NCBI GenBank assembly: GCA_963758295.1
Contig: CAVWUU010000001.1
Coordinates: 736,001-800,000, forward strand
Source: Candidatus Eremiobacteria bacterium
Lineage (GTDB): Bacteria > Vulcanimicrobiota > Vulcanimicrobiia > Vulcanimicrobiales > Vulcanimicrobiaceae
DNA: 64,000 nt
Direction of reading: 5' to 3'
Within the stretch, counting starts at the first letter, position 1. Each line of letters starts with the position of its first letter. Under the pieces are notes generated by a model. That model made no database searches. It had not been told where the DNA came from and saw only the letters and a list, made by a program, of their open reading frames with translations. The position numbers and the translations under genes are program-made. Below, piece by piece: positions 56,361 to 64,000 of the stretch.

Positions 56361-58334
56361 ATGCGTACAGCATCCGCGCTGACTCTTTTTGCCTTGCTCG
56401 GCGCGAGCGCGCTACCCGCCGCCGCATTTGATTTTAGCGATACGCACCATCTCGTCGGCGTAAGCGAAGCGCAAATCTCTCCCGACGGAAGGCGGGTCGT
56501 CTACGTTCGCACCACGCCCGATTTCGACAAGGACCGCAACGAACGTCAACTCGTGCTCGTCGACGTGCGCACGCATCGGGAGCGGCAGCTAACCTACGAT
56601 CGCAAGGCTGTAGCCGTTCCGCGCTGGATGCCCGACGGATCGGGCCTGCTTTTCATGGCGCTCGACAACGACGAAAAGGATCCCGAGGAGCAAGTTTTCT
56701 TCATGCCGATGGCCGGTGGTGACGCCCGGCAAATAACGCATGAAAAAACCGGCATTATCAACTACGCCTTGAGTCCGGACGGTTCTCGAATCGCTTTCGT
56801 CTCGCAGGAACAGAATCCCAAACAAAAAGAGATCGACAATCATCGCGACGCGTTCGAGGTGCACGACAATGACTATTTGCGTTTGTCGGAAACGATGCCG
56901 GCGCACGTATGGTGGATGTCAACGGGCGGTGGTGTTACGCACCGGCTCACGTCGGGCTCGTGGAGTGTTGCGAATATCGATCCCGACGGCGGCGGCGACC
57001 TCTCTTGGTCCCCCGACGGACGCTCCGTCGCAATCGAACGCTTCCCGACGCCTTTCGTGGGTGATTCGCTGACGTCGCAAATCGAAATCGTGGACGTCGC
57101 GACGGGCCGCGTGCGCGCGTTGGACGGTAAGCGCCTACAGACGGTTCCGCAGTACGCGCCGCACGGCGACCGCATCGCTTACGTGCGAAATACCGGCGGC
57201 GATTACACGCAAGGCGTCGACAGCTACGTCGTCAATTCACACGGCAAATTGCTGGCCGATTTCCGGCGCAGCGTCGATCGCAATGTGGATGACAGTACCT
57301 GGGACGCGCGCGGCGACGGAATGTGGCTGCTAACCCCGGACGGAGGCAATGCGACACTTTGGTACCAATCGATGAACGGCAGCTCGCGTCGCATCGCGCT
57401 CGGGAGCGTGCAGCCTGCGAGCCTTGGCAACACGAGCAATAACGGAACGCTTGCCTTTGTCGCGTCCACGCCGGTTCATCCGCCCGAAATTTATCTGTAC
57501 GACGGTTCGCACGCAGTCGCGCTAACGAATGAAAATTCATTCGTAAAGCACGTTGCGGTGGCGCGAAGCATTCACGTGCAATGGAATTCGACCAAAGGAC
57601 ATTTCAAAGAAGACGGCATCCTAACGTACCCGCTCAATTATAAGGGCGGCAAGGCGCCGATGGTGCTGCGTATTCACGGCGGCCCGCAAGGCGCTTCGAC
57701 TCTCGGATGGGCGACTCAGCGCCAAGAGTTTGCATCGCACGGCTACTTCATTTTCGAACCGAACTATCGCGGAAGCACGAACCTTGGGGATGCCTACCAA
57801 CACGCGATTACGAACGACGCGGGCGACGGTCCGGGCAAAGACGTGATGGCCGGCGTCGCAGCCGCGGAGAAAGTCGCCGACATCGATTCCTCGCGCGTCG
57901 GCGTTTCAGGATGGTCGTATGGCGGTTACATGACGTCTTGGCTCATCGGGCACTATCATGTGTGGAAAGCGGCTGTCAGCGGAGCATCGCTCGACGACTG
58001 GCTGGACGACTTCAACCTGGCGTTTTACGTTTACACCGACGTTCCGTTCTTCCACGGCGTTCCGTGGCGGCCCGAGAATCTGCCCGAATGGACGTCGCAA
58101 TCCCCGATCGCATACGCCCCGCAGATCACGACGCCCACGCTAATCATGGGCGACGTCGGCGACAACAACGTCGTAATCACGAATTCTTATAAGCTGTACC
58201 ACGCGATCAAGGACAACGGCACGACCGTCCAATTCGTCGCGTACCCCGTTGCCGGCCACCATCCCTCAGATCCGGTTCGCAACGAAGATATCGATAAACG
58301 CTGGATTGGCTGGCTCGACCGGTACCTGAAGTAA
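56361..58334 (+). CDS. Exported S9-family peptidase (acylaminoacyl / dipeptidyl peptidase-like)
   Basis: Signal peptide, SPDG propeller repeats, IHGGP, NYRGS, GWSYGG. Confidence 0.92.
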   Translation: MRTASALTLFALLGASALPAAAFDFSDTHHLVGVSEAQISPDGRRVVYVRTTPDFDKDRNERQLVLVDVRTHRERQLTYDRKAVAVPRWMPDGSGLLFMALDNDEKDPEEQVFFMPMAGGDARQITHEKTGIINYALSPDGSRIAFVSQEQNPKQKEIDNHRDAFEVHDNDYLRLSETMPAHVWWMSTGGGVTHRLTSGSWSVANIDPDGGGDLSWSPDGRSVAIERFPTPFVGDSLTSQIEIVDVATGRVRALDGKRLQTVPQYAPHGDRIAYVRNTGGDYTQGVDSYVVNSHGKLLADFRRSVDRNVDDSTWDARGDGMWLLTPDGGNATLWYQSMNGSSRRIALGSVQPASLGNTSNNGTLAFVASTPVHPPEIYLYDGSHAVALTNENSFVKHVAVARSIHVQWNSTKGHFKEDGILTYPLNYKGGKAPMVLRIHGGPQGASTLGWATQRQEFASHGYFIFEPNYRGSTNLGDAYQHAITNDAGDGPGKDVMAGVAAAEKVADIDSSRVGVSGWSYGGYMTSWLIGHYHVWKAAVSGASLDDWLDDFNLAFYVYTDVPFFHGVPWRPENLPEWTSQSPIAYAPQITTPTLIMGDVGDNNVVITNSYKLYHAIKDNGTTVQFVAYPVAGHHPSDPVRNEDIDKRWIGWLDRYLK

Positions 58335-58347
58335 AGGAGTGACGGAA

Positions 58348-60354
58348 ATGTACAAACGGGGCATCATCTTTGCGCTCGCCGCTCTCGTCGCTACGTGCGG
58401 GGCCACTGCAGCTAAACCGTTCACGCTCGACGATCTGCCGAAAATCACCGGCCTTGCCGGCGTCGCAATCTCGCCCGACGGGAAGGAAATAGCGTATATC
58501 GTTTCGCGGGCGAACATGAAGGACGACGATTACGACCGCACGCTCACGTTGTACGATGTAGCGTCCAAATCCAATCGCGACGTTACCTACGATCGCAAGG
58601 AGCTATCGTCGCCGGCTTGGTCGCCGGACGGCACGCGTCTTGCGTTTCTGGCGCGCAAGGGCGAAGACAAAGACGCGCAGCAGCAGATCTACGTAATGGA
58701 CATGCGCGGCGGCGATCCGAAAGCCGTTACCGATGCAAAAGCCGGCGTGCAGCAGTTCACATGGCGTCCCGACGGCAGCGCGATCGCGTTCGTTACGTCG
58801 GACGAACAGCCAAAGAAAAACGGCATCGAGAAGCATCGCGACGGCTTCGTGGTCGGCGATCAGGCGTACAACACAAGATCCGCGCCCATGCCCAATCACA
58901 TCTGGCTCGTGAACGCCGACGGCAGCGGCGCGCGGCGATTGACCCAGGGCTCGTGGAGTTTGCCCTCGGCCCAGCCGCCAAGCTCTCCCGGTGCGCCGAT
59001 CTCTTGGTCGCCCGACGGAAAATCGATCGTCTTTACGAAGATGCCGAACCCGTACGATGCCGACGCGGACATGGCCGTCGTTGCAATTCTGAACGTAGCC
59101 ACCGGCGAGATTCGCCCACTCACTGCACACGGAAAGTACGAAGGCTTCGGCGAGTATTCGCCCGACGGCACGCATATTGCCTATTGGTATCCGCATAACG
59201 GGAACGAGGCGGAGCAGAACGATGTTTGGGTCGCCCCGTCGAGCGGCGGAAACGGTATTGACGTAACTGCCGGCGACATCGACGCCAACGTCCAGCGCGC
59301 GATGTGGATGCCCGACGGCAAGTCGCTGTTGATTTCGGGACATAAGGGAACCGACGCAGCTCTTTGGTTAAAACCGCTCGACGGCAAGGCCATGCGTTTG
59401 AACCTCGGTGCAATTCAGCCCACGCAAGCGTTTTGGCTCGACGCGTCGATTGGCAAAAACGGTGCCTTGGCTTTCACCGGCAGCGAAGCTGGCCATCCCA
59501 CTGAGCTGTACTACATGGCGACGGCCAATGCAACGCCGGAGCGCGTCACCGGCGACAACGACCAAATCGCTAAGTTGAACTTGGGAAGCGTAAAGCCGAT
59601 TCAGTGGACGTCGGAAGGCTTTCCCGAGGACGGGACGGTGACGTTACCGCCCGGATATGATCCAGCGAAGAAGTATCCCTTGGTGCTCGTGATTCACGGC
59701 GGCCCGAATTCGGCATCGATTCTGTCTTTCAGCAGCTTGAATCAGTTGATCGCCGCGCACGGCTATATCGTGTTCAATCCCAATTATCGCGGCAGCGACA
59801 ATCTCGGTGCGAAATATTGGTACGCCATCGTGAACGACGCCGGTGCGGGGCCCGGCCGCGACGTGATGGCGGGAATCGATGCCGTTGAGAAAGCGTATCC
59901 CATCGATACGTCCCGCATTGCCGTTTCCGGCTGGTCTTACGGCGGCTACATGACATCTTGGATGGAAGGTCACTATCACATCTGGAAAACGGCCGTCGCC
60001 GGCGCCGCGGTCAACAACTGGATCGACGAGTACAATCTCTCCGATAACAGCGTCGGAACTCGCTATCAGTTCAACGGTTCGCCTTACGTGAAGAACTACA
60101 TCAAGGACTACTGGGCGCAGTCGCCCATCAGCGCAGCATGGCAGATCACCACGCCGACACTCATCCTTAGCGATGTAGGCGATTCCCGCGTTCCCATCAC
60201 GCAGTCTTACGAAATGTTCCGGGCGCTCACCAACCGCGGCACTCCCGTTCGTTTCTTTGCGTATCCGGTCGGTGGCCATTTCCCCGGCGACCCGGTTCGT
60301 TCTCAAGACGTTGACCGGCGCTGGGTTCAGTGGATCGTCGACTATCTGAAGTAG
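58348..60354 (+). CDS. Exported S9-family peptidase, paralogue of the upstream gene
   Basis: Signal peptide, WSPDG repeats, IHGGP, NYRGS, GWSYGG, DSRVP, GGH; AAGGAG RBS. Confidence 0.92.
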   Translation: MYKRGIIFALAALVATCGATAAKPFTLDDLPKITGLAGVAISPDGKEIAYIVSRANMKDDDYDRTLTLYDVASKSNRDVTYDRKELSSPAWSPDGTRLAFLARKGEDKDAQQQIYVMDMRGGDPKAVTDAKAGVQQFTWRPDGSAIAFVTSDEQPKKNGIEKHRDGFVVGDQAYNTRSAPMPNHIWLVNADGSGARRLTQGSWSLPSAQPPSSPGAPISWSPDGKSIVFTKMPNPYDADADMAVVAILNVATGEIRPLTAHGKYEGFGEYSPDGTHIAYWYPHNGNEAEQNDVWVAPSSGGNGIDVTAGDIDANVQRAMWMPDGKSLLISGHKGTDAALWLKPLDGKAMRLNLGAIQPTQAFWLDASIGKNGALAFTGSEAGHPTELYYMATANATPERVTGDNDQIAKLNLGSVKPIQWTSEGFPEDGTVTLPPGYDPAKKYPLVLVIHGGPNSASILSFSSLNQLIAAHGYIVFNPNYRGSDNLGAKYWYAIVNDAGAGPGRDVMAGIDAVEKAYPIDTSRIAVSGWSYGGYMTSWMEGHYHIWKTAVAGAAVNNWIDEYNLSDNSVGTRYQFNGSPYVKNYIKDYWAQSPISAAWQITTPTLILSDVGDSRVPITQSYEMFRALTNRGTPVRFFAYPVGGHFPGDPVRSQDVDRRWVQWIVDYLK

Positions 60355-60362
60355 CGTAGCTC

Positions 60363-61577
60363 GTGCGCGAGCTTTTCTCCGGCCGTCACGGGCGCGTGGC
60401 GGCCGGTCTGCTTATCGGCGAGTTCGTCTCTGCGATGCAAACGCTGGTGATCGCGACGATAATGCCGCGCGTCGTGGCCGATTTGCACGGACTTGCGCTT
60501 TACGGATTTGCCTTCGGATCGTTCTTACTTGCGAACTTTATTTTCTTGCCGTTTGCCGGGCCGTGGGCCGACCGTTACGGAACGCGCCGTATTCTCGCCG
60601 TTGCGCTCAGTTTGTTAGGCGTGGGCCTGGCGCTCGCGAGTGCGGCTCATTCGATGGCGCAGTTCGTCGGCGCGCGCTTCATTGAGGGCAGCGGCGCTGG
60701 ACTTGACTATGCGGCGTCGTTCGCCGCAATCGTCAAGACGTTTCCCGAGCGCCAACGTGCAAGAATGTTTTCCCTCGTCTCGACGGCGTGGGTTGTGCCT
60801 GCGATCATCGCGCCTTCCTCGGGTGCGCTTATCGCAACGGCGTACGGATGGCGTTGGGCTTTTCTGGGTTTCGTGCCGTGTGTGGCCGTCGCGGCTGCGC
60901 TGTTGCTTCCGGCCATGGGAGACCGCGGAGCGGAACACGGCGTCGACCCGTTTGGCGCACTGCGCATGCTCTTCTCGCGCGCCACGCTCTATTTAAAAGG
61001 CCGTAACGCAGCCTTTGTCGCGTTTGCCGTCTTGCATGCAGCCTTTTTCGGCGCCGATGCGTATGTCGCATTGCTCCTGACGGCGGTTCGCGGATTATCG
61101 TTGACGATGGCCGCTTTTTGCATCACGCTCGGAGCGCTCGGGTGGTGCATCGCCAGTCTCTTTCAACCGGCGCTTCTGCGCCGCGCGGGCGTCCATTCGC
61201 TGCTGATTTGCGGGGCGCTATTGGGAGTAGTTGGATGTGCCGGAATGATCTCGGTCGCTCTCGGTGCTCCGCCGGCGCTCGCATTCGTAACCTGGTTTTT
61301 GGGTGGAATCGGCATCGGGCTCGGCTACCCTACACTTTCTTTAGCCGGCGTGACCGGCGTGGACGAAGGAGAAGAAGGCACCGTGAGTTCGGCGATGCTT
61401 CTCGCGGCCGTGCTTGGAATGACGGGCGGTGTTACCCTTTGCGGTCTTCCCGTGACGCTTGCCGCGCGCGGGGAATTTCCATTAGCATCAGGTCTGCTGG
61501 TGACATTTACGATTTTGTGCGCAGCAGCATTCGTCCTGATGACGATTGTCCGACGCGTACCTGCCCGTGTCGATTAA
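60363..61577 (+). CDS. MFS transporter (drug:H+ antiporter-like)
   Basis: Motif A GPWADRYGTRR, ARFIEG, GWRWAF; many hydrophobic helices. Confidence 0.9.
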   Translation: MRELFSGRHGRVAAGLLIGEFVSAMQTLVIATIMPRVVADLHGLALYGFAFGSFLLANFIFLPFAGPWADRYGTRRILAVALSLLGVGLALASAAHSMAQFVGARFIEGSGAGLDYAASFAAIVKTFPERQRARMFSLVSTAWVVPAIIAPSSGALIATAYGWRWAFLGFVPCVAVAAALLLPAMGDRGAEHGVDPFGALRMLFSRATLYLKGRNAAFVAFAVLHAAFFGADAYVALLLTAVRGLSLTMAAFCITLGALGWCIASLFQPALLRRAGVHSLLICGALLGVVGCAGMISVALGAPPALAFVTWFLGGIGIGLGYPTLSLAGVTGVDEGEEGTVSSAMLLAAVLGMTGGVTLCGLPVTLAARGEFPLASGLLVTFTILCAAAFVLMTIVRRVPARVD

Positions 61578-62095
61578 AAATCGAAGGTGGCGTCGTACTC
61601 CGGAAATGCGCGCCGGCAGAGCATCGTAACCTCGTCGATAACGGCGTAGTCGGTTTGCGGCGCTGCGTAAAGCTGAAGAGAAAAGACGCTGGTGTCCATC
61701 GAGTTGCCGACGCGATGCAACTCCTGCCAATTAAGACGGTGATCGAGGTGACCGGGCATCAATCGCGTTTCGGAATCCTTGTTTATGCGAGCGTAAGACG
61801 TTAATCCGTCGTCCAGCCGCTCGTAATTTTCGACGTCTAAGACGCCGTCTAAGATCGCGACCCAACATCGCGACTTGCCGTGATCGTGGATCGGGCTTTT
61901 CGATTGCGGCGCCCACTGCATGGCGACAAGCTCGAAGTGCGCAGTTTTTCGAAGCAACAAGCGCGCGTAGGATTGCGGAATGAGCGGAATGGCGCCGCGG
62001 TATTCTTCGAACCGCGCGATGCCGTCGCGCATTGCTTCCACGAGCGCCGGGTCGTCCATTGACTGCGCCAGTAAATCTTCGAAAGACGAAATCAC
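61574..62095 (-). CDS. Cysteine dioxygenase-family cupin
   Basis: YARLLL, WAPQSKSPIHDH, LHRVGN, SLQLY. Confidence 0.85.
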   Translation of the reverse strand: MISSFEDLLAQSMDDPALVEAMRDGIARFEEYRGAIPLIPQSYARLLLRKTAHFELVAMQWAPQSKSPIHDHGKSRCWVAILDGVLDVENYERLDDGLTSYARINKDSETRLMPGHLDHRLNWQELHRVGNSMDTSVFSLQLYAAPQTDYAVIDEVTMLCRRAFPEYDATFDF

Positions 62096-63450
62096 GATAC
62101 GGCTCCTAACAGAAGTGAAGACCGGCTCAACTCCAGCGCGATCGCGCGCGCGTGCCGGCTAATCTCCGGGACGGCGGTCGCTTCATAGAACAAGCCGCGC
62201 AATGGGGGACCAAGAGTGAAAAGGCGCGGCTGTTCGATGCCGTCATGCGAATAGACCCGGAAGCTTTTCGACGCATCTAATCCAAGGCGCACCGCGTCGG
62301 GGCGAATTAATCCGCGGCGCAGAAGATTGCGCACAAGCGGCTGGTCGATCTTCGAATAGTCGGAGTTGGGGCCGGTTGCATTTACCAGCGCCTGCACTTC
62401 GATTTTCCGAGTTCTCTCACCGCGTGTAACGGTCATTACGATATTCTTCCCGCCGGCGCGCTCGGCGCCGGTGATTTTTCCTTTCACTATGTGCGCGCGA
62501 CCGGATTCGATCCGGCGCTCGAACGCCGCAAGGGTTTCACGCGGCGCGCGATAGCGGTGGGCCGCCCACAGCGATTGCAAATGCCGGAGAAACCGGCGCT
62601 TGTCGCGTGCGCTCCACGCGATCCAAATGTCCGGCGTTATCTTTCGAATCGATTCGACGACGGCACGCCAATCGCCGCCTTGTGCGACGTGAGCTTTCGC
62701 TGCGCGGCGCATGGAACGCAGCAGCTCGTACGGCGTGTCGAAAGTCAGGCTTAAGGCGTTCACGTTCAATTCGCAGGCCGCCGGGTCTTCGACGAGCGGG
62801 GTTAAGCCGTGCCGCGAAACCAAATAGATGCGGCCCTCGAAGCCGCGCTCGTCGAGCTGCGCTAGAACGTCGAGAGCCGTAAGCCGGCTCCCTACGATAG
62901 CAACGTCGCCTTCGAGCCTCTTTGCGTCGAGGCACCAAGGATTACCGTAATAATGCTGGTGTTCCCTGATAACTTCGGGCAAGAACGAATCGTTGGGCGC
63001 AAAATTGCCGAACGCCAGGACGACGTTGCGCGCGAGGTAATGGCTGCCGCTCTCGTCGACGAGCGAATACCCTTCGGAGTGCGGAAGCACGTCACTAATC
63101 CGTGTTCGCACGTGCGCGAAAGCGGGGCGCGACTCGAGCGCGCGCTGCACCGTCTGCGCCGCATACTGGCCGAACGTGCTTCGCGGGATCAGCGCGTTTC
63201 CGTCGTTTGTTCGTAGCCAACGTAAAAGATGATTGCGGTCGTCGGGAAACAGCGACATGGAATTCGCGCCGCCGTTCATCAGAAGGCATTGGGGCTGACT
63301 GCCGTAAGCGAGGCCGGGCCCCAGGGGGCTCGGTTCGAAAACGACGGCGCGGTAGGACGGCGCAATCAGGCCGGCAAGCGCCAGCACGATCGAAGAACCC
63401 GAAATGCCGCCGCCTATGACCGCGGTATCGAAAATGCGCGGGACCGTCAT
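62092..63450 (-). CDS. FAD/NAD(P)-binding oxidoreductase
   Basis: VIGGGISG, GPGLAY, PRSTFGQY, VGSRLTALD, NATGP, LGPPLRG..EATAVPEI. Confidence 0.85.
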   Translation of the reverse strand: MTVPRIFDTAVIGGGISGSSIVLALAGLIAPSYRAVVFEPSPLGPGLAYGSQPQCLLMNGGANSMSLFPDDRNHLLRWLRTNDGNALIPRSTFGQYAAQTVQRALESRPAFAHVRTRISDVLPHSEGYSLVDESGSHYLARNVVLAFGNFAPNDSFLPEVIREHQHYYGNPWCLDAKRLEGDVAIVGSRLTALDVLAQLDERGFEGRIYLVSRHGLTPLVEDPAACELNVNALSLTFDTPYELLRSMRRAAKAHVAQGGDWRAVVESIRKITPDIWIAWSARDKRRFLRHLQSLWAAHRYRAPRETLAAFERRIESGRAHIVKGKITGAERAGGKNIVMTVTRGERTRKIEVQALVNATGPNSDYSKIDQPLVRNLLRRGLIRPDAVRLGLDASKSFRVYSHDGIEQPRLFTLGPPLRGLFYEATAVPEISRHARAIALELSRSSLLLGAVS

Positions 63451-63456
63451 ACCTTT

Positions 63457-63999
63457 TCAGGTATCGGCAGCGGCCCGCTTGTCTATCATCCGCTCGATGG
63501 CTCGGTAAATTCGCGGGACGAATTCGCGCTTGTAGGGATAGAGATCGACCGGGTCGCTCGTGTGGACCAACATCGCCGGGTCCGCTTCAAACACAAGCAC
63601 GCGTCCGTCTTGCGTCACGGCGCAATCGATTCCGAAGTACTCCAGCCCTACGGCATCCGCAATCGCTTCAAGCGTCTTTAGCCGCTCGCCGTCAAAGACG
63701 TTGCGCAGGTCGGACAAGAAGCGCGCTTCTTCGTCTCGCATCCAGCGATTTTCCGCCATGGGCGCGTTGTAGTAGTGGATCATCCAGTTCGGAGAAATCG
63801 CCAAGTGCACCGGGTACGGTTCGCCGTCCACGAAAACGATGCGGTATTTGCGGAAGAAGCCGTCGGCGCTTCGATAGTCCGCGAAAGGACTAATAAAGTA
63901 CCGTTCCGCCGCATTGCGTTCAACGTAGTTCGCGAGAAGCTCCCGCGCATCGATTTTTTCCAAACCGTGTCCGGCATGCGAACCGACGGGTCGAATGAT
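63457..63999 (-). CDS. ATP-grasp (RimK-like) domain protein, C-terminal part (5' truncated by window edge)
   Basis: Frame open to the edge (IIRPVGSHAGHGL); RKYRIVFVDG, LEYFGIDC, VFEAD. Confidence 0.7.
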   Translation of the reverse strand: MIRPVGSHAGHGLEKIDARELLANYVERNAAERYFISPFADYRSADGFFRKYRIVFVDGEPYPVHLAISPNWMIHYYNAPMAENRWMRDEEARFLSDLRNVFDGERLKTLEAIADAVGLEYFGIDCAVTQDGRVLVFEADPAMLVHTSDPVDLYPYKREFVPRIYRAIERMIDKRAAADT

Positions 64000-64000
64000 A

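Noticed and set aside
1..64000. tRNA, rRNA, tmRNA, transposase, integrase or prophage genes
   Set aside because: None recognised; the TTCGAA-type matches I checked (e.g. near 33790) fall within coding regions and lack cloverleaf context.

Overview
A gene-dense, GC-rich bacterial chromosomal segment, mostly core metabolism and DNA maintenance. The gene mix and style suggest a diderm Terrabacteria-type lineage such as Candidatus Eremiobacterota, but that is inference only. In order: speE (partial), PaaI thioesterase, gcvT-H-PA-PB; Crp and type IB topoisomerase; NUDIX-scpA-scpB-methyltransferase-nfo-dinB; a coupled Fe-S PD-(D/E)XK nuclease / degenerate UvrD-like helicase / GNAT operon; ubiX, NTP transferase, ispE; a large glycoside hydrolase with a GalT-like gene; pdxST; HNH nuclease; flavin monooxygenase divergent from bioAFDB; an amino acid decarboxylase; AAA-R3H; a subclass B1 metallo-beta-lactamase; tmk-holB; mtnP; ABC substrate-binding protein; ychF; gdhA; RND pump, exported protein and GDSL lipoprotein; lpdA-lipB-lipA; MocR-mutY-two S9 peptidases-MFS; and an ATP-grasp / flavoprotein / cysteine-dioxygenase-like operon running off the right edge. 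I found no tRNA, rRNA, CRISPR array, transposase or prophage. Three genes (lpdA, GDSL lipoprotein, CDGSH) each carry a single-base frameshift, most likely consensus errors. The best leads are the split AdnAB/AddAB-like module, the chromosomal B1 beta-lactamase, three structured intergenic RNA candidates, CGTC-tagged REP dimers, the RND pump without an adaptor gene and its neighbours, and the dioxygenase-flavoprotein-ATP-grasp operon. All family calls are from motif recognition by eye; no searches were run.
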